From an uncultured Chloroflexia bacterium (lineage in GTDB: Bacteria; Chloroflexota; Dehalococcoidia; UBA2979), in contig CAVSIV010000006.1 in the NCBI GenBank assembly GCA_963728205.1, positions 768,001 through 832,000 of the forward strand: a DNA stretch of 64,000 nt, given 5' to 3'. Shown here piece by piece: positions 1-9,459 of this stretch; position 1 is the stretch's first letter, and every line of letters begins with the position of its first letter. The position numbers were made by a program, and so were the translations under genes. The notes under the pieces are model-generated. The model was not told the origin of the DNA. It saw only the letters and a list, made by a program, of their open reading frames with translations, and searched no databases.

Positions 1-3000
1 CGCGCTGGCGACGATGGTCGACCCGCACGCCGCGGCCGCACAACTTCGCGCGCCTCGCCGATGCCGGCGCGCGCGGCCGCTACGGGTTCTACGAGGCCCT
101 GGACTTCACGCCGGTCCGGCTCCCGGAGGGCGCAGCGCGTCGCGATCGTGCGAGCCTTCATGGCCCACCACCAGGGCATGACGATCGTCGCCATCGCGGA
201 CGCGCTGCTCGACGGCGCCATGCGCACGCGCTTCCACGCCGAGCCCATCGTCCAGGCGACGGAGCTCCTGCTGCAGGAGCGCATCCCGCGGGACGTCGCG
301 ATCGCCGCGTCCCCGGCCGACGGAGGCGGAGTCGAGCGCCAGGATCCGCGAGAGCGGACCGCGCGGCGACCGTCGGTTCCGCTCCGCGCACGACGCGACG
401 CCTGCCACGCAACTGCTGTCGAACGGGCGCTACGCGGTGATGCTCACCGCCGCCGGCTCCGGCTACAGCCGCTGGCGGGACCTGGCCGTGACCCGGTGGC
501 GCGAGGACGCGACCTGCGACGACTGGGGTTCGTACGTGTTCCTCAGGGACGTGCGCAGCGGCCACGTCTGGTCGGCGGGCTTCCAGCCCGCCGGCGTGGA
601 GCCCGACGACTACGAGGTCGCGTTCAGCGAGGATCGCGCCGAGTTCACGCGGCGCGACGGCGCGCTGACCACGACGATGGAGGTGCTGGTCTCGCCCGAA
701 GACGACGCCGAGGTGCGCCGCGTCACGATCGTCAACTCCGGCAGCGGCGTGCGCGAGATCGACGTCACGTCCTACGCCGAGGTCGTGCTGGCGCCGCAGG
801 CCGCCGACGTGGCCGCATCCGGCGTTCTCGAAGCTGTTCGTCGCAGACCGAGTACGTCCCCGACCTCGGCGCCATCGTGGCGACCCGCCGACGTCGCGGG
901 CCCGCTGAGCCCGAGATCTGGGCCGCGCACCTGGCGGTCGTCGTCGGCGATGCCGTGGGCAAGCCGCAGGTCGAGACCGACCGGGTCCGATTCCTCGGCC
1001 GCGGCCGCGGCGTCCGCAGCCCGATCGCGATGGTCGACGGCCGGCCGCTCTCGAACACGGTCGGCAGCGTGCTCGATCCCGTCTTCGCGCTGCGGTACCG
1101 CATGCGGATCGCGCCCGGCGCGACCGCGCAGGTTGCGTTCTGGACGGTGGTCGCGTCGTCGCGGCGACGCGCTGCTCGAACTCGTCGACAAGCACCGGGA
1201 CACGGCCGCGTTCGAGCGCGTCTGCCACGCTGGCCTGGACGCAGGCGCAGGTCCAGCTCCATCACCTCGGCATCGGCCCGGGCGAAGCCGCCCTGTTCCA
1301 GCGTCTCGCGGGACACGTCCTCTATGCCGCGCCGACGCTGCGGCCCTCCTCCGACGCCATCCGGCGCGGCGCCGGCGGACAGCCCGGCCTGTGGCCGCAG
1401 GGCATCTCCGGCGACCTGCCGATCGTGCTTCTGCGCATCGCCGACAGCGGGAGCCTCGACGTCGCCCGCCAGCTGCTGCAGGCGCACGAGTACTGGCGGA
1501 TGAAGCAGCTCGCCGTCGACCTCGTGATCCTGAACGAGCGCGCGTCTTCCTACACGCAGGACCTGCAGGTGGCGCTCGAGGCCCTGGTCCGCGCGAGCCA
1601 GTCTCGGCCGCAGGTCGGCGCGGAGCAGCTGCCGCGGCCGCGTCTTCGTGCTCCGCGCGGACCTGCTCTCGGCCGAGACGCGCGCCCTGCTCACGTCGGT
1701 CGCGCGGGTGGTGCTCGTCGCCGAGCGCGGGCGCCTCTCCGATCAGCTCGACCGCGTCACCGACCACGGCGTGAGCGAGCGGCCGGTGACGCGGCGCGCC
1801 GCTGCCGCACCGCCGCCGGAGGTCGCGCCGCCGGTGCCGGACCTCGAGTTCTTCAACGGGCTCGGTGGCTTCGCCGACGGCGGACGGGAGTACGTGACGA
1901 TCCTCGGCCCGGGCCAGTCGACGCCCGCGCCGTGGATCAACGTCGTCGCCAACCCCACCTTCGGGTTCCAGGTCGCGGCGGAAGGCGGCGGGTCCACCTG
2001 GTCGGTCAACAGCCGCGAGCACCAGCTCACCCCCTGGTCGAACGACCCGGTCTCCGACCAGCCGGGCGAGGCGTTCTACCTGCGCGACGACGACACCGGC
2101 GATCTCTGGAGCCCGACGGCTCTGCCGATCCGCGAGGAGGCCGGCGACCTACGTCGCCCGCCACGGCCGGGGATACAGCCGCTTCGAGCACACGTCGCAC
2201 GGGATCGCGGCGCGACCTCCTGCAGTACGTGCCGATCGACGACCCGATCAAGATCTCGCGCCTCGCGCTGCGCAACACGTCGAGCCGCTCGCGGCGTCTC
2301 TCGGTGACCGCCTACGCGGAATGGGTGCTCGGACCGTCGCGGGCATCGTCGGCTCCCTTCGTCACCACCGAGATCGATCCGGCCACCGGCGCGATGTTCG
2401 CCCGCAACCGTGGAACCCGGCCTTCGGGTCGCGCGTCGCCTTCGCCGACTTCGGCGGGCGCCAGACGGACTGGACGGGCGACCGGCGCGAGTTCATCGGC
2501 CGCAACGGAACGCTCGCCGCGCCGCGCGGCGCTCGCGCGATGCGACGCCGCTGTCCGGCGCCGTCGGCGCCGGGCTCGATCCCTGCGGCGCGCTGCGGAC
2601 GACGGTCGAGCTGCCGCCGAACGGGAGCGTCGAGCTCGTCTTCTTCCTCGGCGAGGCCGAGAGCGCCGAAGCGCGCGCGAGACGCTGATCGCGCAGCTAC
2701 CGCGCCGCCGACCTCGACGCCGTGCGGTCCGAGGTCGGCCGAGTACTGGGACGACGTCCTCGGGACGGTCCAGGTGAAGACGCCCGACCGGGCGATGGAC
2801 ATCATGCTGAACGGCTGGCTGCTCTACCAGACGCTCGCCTGCCGCATCTGGGCCCGCTCCGCCTTCTACCAGGCGAGCGGCGCCTACGGCTTCCGCGACC
2901 AGCTGCAGGACGGCATGGCGCTCGCCACCGCGCGCCCGCCGCTGACCCGCGAGCACCTGCTGCGGGCGGCGGCGCGGCAGTTCGTCGAAGGCGACGTCCA

Positions 3001-4271
3001 GCACTGGTGGCTGCCGCAGCTCCGGCCAGGGCGTGCGCACCCGGATCTCCGACGACCGTGCGTGGCTCGCCTACGCCGTCGCCCACTACGTCGGCGCCAC
3101 CGGCGACGCCGCTGTTCTCGACGAGTTGGTCCCCTTCCTCGAAGGGCCAGAGCCTCGCGGCGGGCGAGCACGACAGCGTTCTTCCAGCCGGCGGTCGCCG
3201 ACGAGACCGGCACGCTCTTCGAGCACTGCGCCCGCGCCCTCGACCAGAGCCTGGCGCTCGGCCGCCACGGCCTGCCGCTGATCGGCACCGGCGACTGGAA
3301 CGACGGCATGAACCGCGTCGGCGAGCGAGGGCCAGGGCGAGAGCGTCTGGCTCGGCTGGTTCCTGCACGCGACGCTCTCGGCCTTTGCATCCCGCTCGCC
3401 GATCGCGCGCGGCGAGACGGCCCGCGCCGCGATCATGGCGCGCGCACGTCGCCGCGCTGCAGGCATCGCTCGAGCGCGAGGCGTGGGACGGCGACTGGTA
3501 CCGGCGCGCGCTACTTCGACGACGGCACGCCGCTCGGCTCGGCGACGAGCGACGAGTGCCGGATCGACTCGATCGCGCAGTCCTGGGCGGTGATCTCGGG
3601 CGCGGCGCGACCCGAGCGCGCTGCCCGCGCGATGGCGGCGGTCGAGCGTGAGCTGATCCGTCCCGCGGATGGGTTGGCGCTGCTGTTCGCGCCGCCGTTC
3701 GACAGGACGCCGCTCGATCCCGGCTACATCAAGGGCTATCCGCCCGGCATCCGCGAGAACGGCGGCCAGTACACCCACGCCGCCCTGTGGTCGCGTGATG
3801 GCGTTCGCCGCGCTCGGCGAGGGCGACAAGGCGGTCGACCTGTTCGCGCTCCTCAATCCGATCAACCACACCCGGACGCGCGCGGACGTGCACCGCTACA
3901 AGGTGGAGCCCTATGTCGTGGCCGCCGACGTCTACGCCGCGCCGCCGCACGTCGGGCGCGGCGGCTGGACCTGGTACACCGGGCTCGGCCGGCTGGATGC
4001 AGCGCGCCGGCGTCGAGAGCATCCTCGGGACTGCGCCTGCGGGGCGGCGTCCTGCATCTCGATCCCTGCATCCCGAAGACGTGGCCGGGGTTCGAGATCG
4101 CGCTTCGGTACGGCTCGGCGCGCTACGAGATCCGCGGTCGAGAACCCGGACGGCGTCGGCCGCGGGATCGCGAGCGCGCGCCTGGACGGGACGACGCTCG
4201 TGGAGCGGCCGCTCCGGGTCCCCCTCGCCGACGATGGCGCCACCCACTTGCTTCTCATTGAGCTGGGGTAG
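1..4271 (+). CDS. ndvB: Cyclic beta-1,2-glucan synthase/phosphorylase (NdvB/Cgs-like), C-terminal GH94 portion; 5'-truncated by the window edge and multiply frameshifted
   Basis: Successive ORF fragments carry Cgs/GH94 motifs: [96 protein letters not shown]. The frame switches many times; final stop at 4271. Confidence 0.9.
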
Positions 4272-4461
4272 CCGTGCGCTGCGATGAGCGGCGGCTTCGC
4301 TCGCACTCGTTGCAATGCCGTGTGCTGATTATGACAATGGCGATGCGGTGCGGGACGAGCGGTCCTCGCCGCCGGGAGCCGGCGCTCGCAGGGCACATGC
4401 CGCGAGCGGTCATGGTGGGCCCTGCGCGCATCGGTCGCGCCGGGTGGGGGGGAGGCGACCC

Positions 4462-5205
4462 GTGAGCAACCGTTCGCATGCGGCGACGGTGGTGGGTTCC
4501 GAGGATCTGCACATCTCGCTCCTCGGAACCTTTCGACTGATGATCGGCACCGAACCGGTCGCGCTGCCCGTCGCGTCGCAGCACCTGCTCGCCTTCCTCG
4601 CGCTGCGCGACCGCGCCGTAACGCGCCAGACGATCGCAGGGACCCTCTGGTCGGACGCCTCGGAGATCCACGCGCTCGCGAGCCTGCGGTCGACGCTCTC
4701 CCGCCTCGATGACCTCGCGCGACGCGCCGTGGACGTGAGTTCCGCCGATCTGGCGCTCGCACCGGCGGTGGCGGTGGACATGCGCGAGACGCGCGCCCTC
4801 GCGCACCGGTTGCTCGCGCTCGCTCCCCTGCGATCCGGGGATCTGAGCGCCGAGGCGATCGCCGGGCTCTCCGCAGATCTGCTCCCGGATTGGTACGACG
4901 ACTGGGCGGTCGCGGAGGCCGAGGAGTGGCGTCAGCTCCGCCTGCACGCGCTGGAGGCGCTGGCGAACCGGCTGCTGGAAGCCCGTCGTTTCGGGGATGC
5001 GTCGGCCGCCGCGCTGGCTGCGATGAAGGCGGACCCGCTCCGGGAGAGCGCGCATGTCCTGCTCGTCCGCGTGCACCTCGCGGAAGGGAACCAGGCCGAG
5101 GCGCTCGGCGCGTACCACCGCTACGCCGCCCTGCTCCGGCACGAGCTCGGTCTGAGTCCGACGCCCCTGCTCCGGGCGCTCGTGCGCGATCTCCTGCGCG
5201 AGTAA
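4462..5205 (+). CDS. SARP-family transcriptional activator (wHTH + BTAD)
   Basis: GGAGG RBS then GTG at 4462; ISLLGTFRL..LLAFLAL..IAGTLW..LRSTLSRL, DLLPDWYDDW, ADPLRESAH..LVRVHLAEGN..LRHELGLSP are typical of BTAD proteins. Confidence 0.88.
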   Translation: MSNRSHAATVVGSEDLHISLLGTFRLMIGTEPVALPVASQHLLAFLALRDRAVTRQTIAGTLWSDASEIHALASLRSTLSRLDDLARRAVDVSSADLALAPAVAVDMRETRALAHRLLALAPLRSGDLSAEAIAGLSADLLPDWYDDWAVAEAEEWRQLRLHALEALANRLLEARRFGDASAAALAAMKADPLRESAHVLLVRVHLAEGNQAEALGAYHRYAALLRHELGLSPTPLLRALVRDLLRE

Positions 5206-5218
5206 CGCGCGCGTGACG
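5202..5218. promoter_or_regulatory. Putative SARP binding site, GTAACG-N5-GTGACG (11-bp period)
   Basis: Hexamers at 5202 and 5213, upstream of the 74-aa ORF; same phasing as the array at 5544-5571. Confidence 0.4.
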
Positions 5219-5239
5219 ACGCACGCATAGCGTGAAGGC

Positions 5240-5464
5240 ATGCCTGAAGATCGCACCGGCATCCTGATCATTCGAGCGTGGCTGGAACGCGAGTCGACCG
5301 CGCCGCTCCGCGCGCACATCCGCCAGACCACCGACATCGCCGGCGGCCTGCGGGACGGCACCACCGTGACGAACGAGGATGCCGTCGCGACGATCGTCCG
5401 CACGTGGCTGCACGACGTCCTGCTGGATACCGCCCCACCCCCGGATCCCGAGCCCGCGTCCTGA
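5240..5464 (+). CDS. Small hypothetical protein (74 aa) next to the BTAD regulator
   Basis: Non-shadow, protein-like composition (GILIIRAWLE..PLRAHIRQTTDI..VRTWLHDVL) in operon-like position. Confidence 0.7.
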   Translation: MPEDRTGILIIRAWLERESTAPLRAHIRQTTDIAGGLRDGTTVTNEDAVATIVRTWLHDVLLDTAPPPDPEPAS

Positions 5465-5543
5465 CCCGTCACCCCCGCGCCGACCGCGCAAGCCGAGCCA
5501 GGTGACGCGGAGCTCCCGGCTGCCGCCACGGCCCTTGGCGGCT

Positions 5544-5571
5544 GTCACGGTGTGGTGACGGCCGCGTCACG
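5544..5571. promoter_or_regulatory. Putative SARP operator: GTCACG/GTGACG/GTCACG at 11-bp period
   Basis: Hexamers at 5544, 5555 and 5566, upstream of the kinase gene. OmpR-like wHTH SARPs are known to bind direct repeats one helical turn apart. Confidence 0.5.
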
Positions 5572-5627
5572 GCGGAAACCGCAGAATCTCCCGGCCCCTC
5601 ATGGGGGCTCACCGGTTGGAGGCACCC

Positions 5628-6896
5628 ATGCGCTACCCCCGTCGCCCGAGACTTCCCGTGCTGGTGGACGGCCGGCGTGACGGGCAGTGCGCCGCATCCG
5701 AAGCAGCCGAACGCACGCCGGTGGAGGACGGGACCGAGCGACAGCAGCGCGAGCTTTCGGATCTCGTCCGTCGAAACGCTGCGTTCCTCGCGATTCTCTC
5801 CCATGAGCTGCGCAATTCCCTCGCTCCGATCTTGAACGCCGCGCGCTTCCTGGGACGGCAGCCGAACCAGAGCGAGGTGCAGCGGCAGGCCGGCGGAATC
5901 ATCGAGCACCAGGTGCTCCAGCTGTCGTACCTGGTCGGGGACCTCCTGGACGTCTCGCGCCTGGCGACCGGGAAGATCTCTCTGCGGCTCGAACGCGTCG
6001 CGCTCGACGCGGTGCTCGCCCACGCCGCCGATGCCGTCCGGCCGGAGATGGAGCGTCGCGGCCACCTACTGCGCGTCGACCTGCCGGGCACGCCCGTCTG
6101 GGTCACGGCCGACGCGGCCCGGATCGAAGAGATCCTCGTGAACCTGCTGCTCAACGCGGCGAAGTACACCGAGAACGGCGGCCGGATCTCCGCGACCCTC
6201 GACCAGGCAGGGAGCGATGCCCGGATCAGCGTGCGCGACAACGGGGCGGGGATCCCGCCCGAGCTGCTGTCCGCCGTCTTCGATCTCTTCGCGCAGGCCG
6301 AGCGCACATACGACCGTGCGGAAGGTGGGCTCGGCATCGGCCTCGCGCTCGTCAAGCAGATTGCCGAGCTCCACGGGGGCTCCGTCGCGGTGCGGAGCGT
6401 CCAGGGTGAGGGCAGCGAATTTGTCGTGCGCATCCCGCTGGCGTCTCGGTCGCCGGAAGCCGACGTGCCGACGAGGCACGATCGCGCCCCGTCCACCTCC
6501 GCCCCGGGCCTGCGGATCCTGGTCGTCGACGACAGCAACGAGCTCGCCACCACGTTCCGGATGTGGCTCGAAGACTTCGGCCACGTGGTCCGCACCGCGC
6601 TCGACGGACCCGCCGCCCTGGATGTCGCGGTCGCGTTTCGCCCGGAGGTCGTCATGATGGACATCGGGCTGCCCGGGAGCAGCGGGCTGGAGGTCGCGCA
6701 GCGGATGCGTGCCGAGCCTGCCCTCCGGGACGTGGTGCTCATCGCGATGACCGGGTACGGGAGCGATCGCGTCCGGGAGGCGTCACGCCGGGCGGGCTTC
6801 GACCATCACTTCGTCAAGCCGCCGGACTTCGCGCGCCTCGAGGAGCTGCTGGGCGAGATCGCCGGCGAGCTCGCGACGATGCCGGTTACGGGATGA
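5628..6896 (+). CDS. Hybrid histidine kinase (HisKA-HATPase-REC), no obvious sensor domain
   Basis: H-box LSHELRNSLAP, N-box NLLLNAAKY, DNGAG, GGLGIGL; receiver ILVVDD..DIGLPG..KP. Confidence 0.92.
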   Translation: MRYPRRPRLPVLVDGRRDGQCAASEAAERTPVEDGTERQQRELSDLVRRNAAFLAILSHELRNSLAPILNAARFLGRQPNQSEVQRQAGGIIEHQVLQLSYLVGDLLDVSRLATGKISLRLERVALDAVLAHAADAVRPEMERRGHLLRVDLPGTPVWVTADAARIEEILVNLLLNAAKYTENGGRISATLDQAGSDARISVRDNGAGIPPELLSAVFDLFAQAERTYDRAEGGLGIGLALVKQIAELHGGSVAVRSVQGEGSEFVVRIPLASRSPEADVPTRHDRAPSTSAPGLRILVVDDSNELATTFRMWLEDFGHVVRTALDGPAALDVAVAFRPEVVMMDIGLPGSSGLEVAQRMRAEPALRDVVLIAMTGYGSDRVREASRRAGFDHHFVKPPDFARLEELLGEIAGELATMPVTG

Positions 6897-7981
6897 CGGC
6901 TCCGAGGGCCCCGGGGCCGGAAAAGCTTCTACGCATCGCGCGCACGCGGGCGGAGACGCCCGACGAGTTCCGGCTGTCGCTGCTCGGGGCGTTCGATCTC
7001 CGAGAGGGCGCGGTCCCGATCGCCCTGCCCGGGAGTTCGCAACGGCTCCTGGCCTTCCTCAGCATCCGGGAGCGGAGCGTGACGCGCGCGGCCGTGGCGG
7101 GAACGCTGTGGCCGGAGGCGACCGAAGAGCACGCGCACGCGAGCCTGCGCACGCTGCTCGCGCGACTCGACGCCCGCACCCGCAAGGCACTGCGCGTGAA
7201 CGTGCTCGATCTCAGCCTGAGCGGCGGCGCGCGGGTCGACCTGCGCGACTCCCAGGCGCTCGCGCACCGGTTGCTGATCGTGGATCCCGACTCGGACGAC
7301 CGCGACCTCAGCCAGGCCGCGATCGCGGCGCTGTCGTCCGATCTCCTGCCGGACTGGTACGAGGACTGGCTGGCTCCCGCCGCGGCGGAGTGGCACGAGC
7401 TGCGCCTGCGCGCGCTCGAAGCGCTTGCCGGCAGGCTGACGGCCGTCGGCCGCTACGAGGACGCCGTGCAGGCGGCCGGCCGCGTGATCGCCGCCGAGCC
7501 GTTGCGCGAGACCGCGCAGGCGGCCCTGATCCGCGCCTACCAGGCGGAGGGAGACCGCATCTCCGCACGCGCGGCCTTCGAGCGCTACCGCACGGCCCTG
7601 CGCATCGACGCCGCGACCGAACCGACGCCCGAGCTGCACGCGCTGCTCTCCGCTCCGCCTCCGTCCCCCGACGTCCCGTCCGTCCTGCGCGAGGTCCAGA
7701 CCGCCGCGGCCGGGGAGGACACCCGCGCGTTCGAGGTTGTCGCCTCGGGCATCAGCATGGAGCCATCGATCCGGCACGGCGACAAGCTGCTCGTCAGCCA
7801 GGACATCGACCTCGTCGCGGGCCGCATCGTCGTCGCGGTGCACGGCGGCGTGTGGATCGTCAAGCGCCTCGCGGGGCGCGAAGGCGCACTGGTGCTGCGC
7901 AGCGACAACGTCGACGAGGAAGTCGCGCTCAAGGACGTCGAGGTGAAGGGCATCGTCGTGGAGTTGCGGCGAACGCTGTAA
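6893..7981 (+). CDS. SARP/BTAD activator fused to a C-terminal LexA-type S24 peptidase
   Basis: ATG overlaps the kinase stop (ATGA). The N-terminus is a paralog of 4462-5205; the C-terminus has GISMEP..GDKLLV..GRIVVA..IVKRL..LRSDN..VKGIVV. Confidence 0.85.
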   Translation: MTAPRAPGPEKLLRIARTRAETPDEFRLSLLGAFDLREGAVPIALPGSSQRLLAFLSIRERSVTRAAVAGTLWPEATEEHAHASLRTLLARLDARTRKALRVNVLDLSLSGGARVDLRDSQALAHRLLIVDPDSDDRDLSQAAIAALSSDLLPDWYEDWLAPAAAEWHELRLRALEALAGRLTAVGRYEDAVQAAGRVIAAEPLRETAQAALIRAYQAEGDRISARAAFERYRTALRIDAATEPTPELHALLSAPPPSPDVPSVLREVQTAAAGEDTRAFEVVASGISMEPSIRHGDKLLVSQDIDLVAGRIVVAVHGGVWIVKRLAGREGALVLRSDNVDEEVALKDVEVKGIVVELRRTL

Positions 7982-8494
7982 ACCGCGGCCCGTCCTTCGA
8001 GCGTGCTGGCACTTCCGGCCTGCCGATGCGCCGGCGTCGGCAGCCGAGCGCGCCGCCTGTGTGCGCGGTCGACGCCATCGCGATCACGCCAGAGCACGGA
8101 CCGGGCGCGTCACATCGGCCATGCGAGGCGGCCGCCCGCTTGAACCGGAGGGGGCAGCGACGGCGGTGACGCGCTGGGCGACAGGCCGGCCTGCCACGCA
8201 GGTCGCTCGCTCGAACTGACGGCGGGAGGAGCGAGGGCGCTCGAGACCTTCGGCGCCGATGCGCCGGTTTCGATCCACATCCGCACGCGCCAGTTCTTCA
8301 CGAACCGGTACCACCATGGTGTCTGCATCTCGGACTTCGCCATCCTTCTGTGCGGCGCGCACCCAGTGCGCCTGTCCGCCCGTCGCTGCGCGCTTGCCAC
8401 TGCACAACGGCGTCTGCGTGATCCCGTAGTACCGCGTCGACCATCACCGGCGCGTCACGCGTGCAGTGCAACCGCGTGAGTGCACGGGACCCCG

Positions 8495-8590
8495 ATCACC
8501 GAACTCCGGCCCTCCCGGAACTTCGGGGCCACGGAGCGCCTCTGGCTCCACCTGCAGGCGCGATACGATCTCGATGCGGAGCGCGGCCGT
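8495..8590 (+). pseudogene. Possible C-terminal remnant of a HigA-type antitoxin
   Basis: ELRPSRNFGATERLWLHLQARYDLD resembles the HigA tail (LRL.R.FG.S..FWLNLQ..YDL); no N-terminal HTH is visible. Confidence 0.5.
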
Positions 8591-8641
8591 CTCCTCCGGC
8601 CGGCCGATCCCTGCCTGCGCAGAATCCGCGGCGTGGTGGGA

Positions 8642-9166
8642 GTGCTGCAGCTGATCCTCCCGAACGTCCGAGATCCTCGGCTCGTGACGGTGCGCCGCGG
8701 TGGGACCCTCACCGATGCCGATCACCGGCTCCTCGCCCTGTGGGCGGCATCGTGCGCGGCGCATGTCCTCGACCGCTTCGAGTCGGCGCAGCCCGGGGAC
8801 CAGCGACCGCGACGGGCGATCGAGCAGGCCCGCGCCTGGGTGCGCGGCGAGGCCACGATGACCCAGGCGCGCACGGCGGCCGGCCATGCGAACGCCGCTG
8901 CCAGGAACCTGACCGGGGCGGGACGGCATGCCGCGTACGCGGCCGGCCAGGCGGCGGCCGTCGCACACGTCGCCGCGCACGAGCTCGGTGCAGCCGCCTA
9001 TGCGATCAAGGCCGCGCGTGCTGCCGCGCCGAACGGGGAGGGCGAGAGCGCGGGGCGACTCGAGTGTCGGTGGCAGCGGGACCGGCTCCCGGGGGCGATT
9101 CGCGAGCTCGTACTCGACGACGAGCGGTTGCGGAACGAGCTCTGCTGGTTGGTGTTCGACTGCTGA
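8642..9166 (+). CDS. Imm5-like putative immunity protein
   Basis: ILPNVRDPRLVTVRRGGTLTDADHRLLALWAA.CA.HVL..D.RPR.AIE.ARAW..AAYAAGQAAAVAHVAAH.LGAAAYA pattern; start uncertain. Confidence 0.7.
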   Translation: MLQLILPNVRDPRLVTVRRGGTLTDADHRLLALWAASCAAHVLDRFESAQPGDQRPRRAIEQARAWVRGEATMTQARTAAGHANAAARNLTGAGRHAAYAAGQAAAVAHVAAHELGAAAYAIKAARAAAPNGEGESAGRLECRWQRDRLPGAIRELVLDDERLRNELCWLVFDC

Positions 9167-9231
9167 GAGCGCCCGGCGGCGCCGGCAGGGTCGGGGACGG
9201 GGAGTCGGACGGGGCTCGCGCCCCGGCCGAT

Positions 9232-9327
9232 ATCGGCGGCGTGTCTGCCGCCGCTTGACGGGCGTGTCGCGGCGCGTCCGGGGCGCTGCCGCGCCGTCCG
9301 TCGGCGGCATGTCTGCCGCCGCTGTGG
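9232..9327. repeat. Two REP-A copies in direct orientation (9232-9255, 9300-9323)
   Basis: atcggcggcgtgtctgccgccgcttgacg and gtcggcggcatgtctgccgccgctgtgg, between convergent genes. Confidence 0.9.
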
Positions 9328-9338
9328 GCGGCGCTTGC

Positions 9339-9456
9339 GCGCGGCCGGTACGCGTGCCGCCGGCGTGTGCGCGGCCGGTACGCGCGCCGCCGGCGTGTGC
9401 GCGGCCGGTACGCGCGCCGCCGGCGTGTGCGCGGCCGGTGCGCGCGCGGCCGGCGC
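9339..9456. repeat. 30-bp tandem repeat x4 (last copy degenerate)
   Basis: gcgcggccggtacgcgYgccgccggcgtgt at 9339, 9369, 9399 and 9429. Confidence 0.92.
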
Positions 9457-9459
9457 GCC

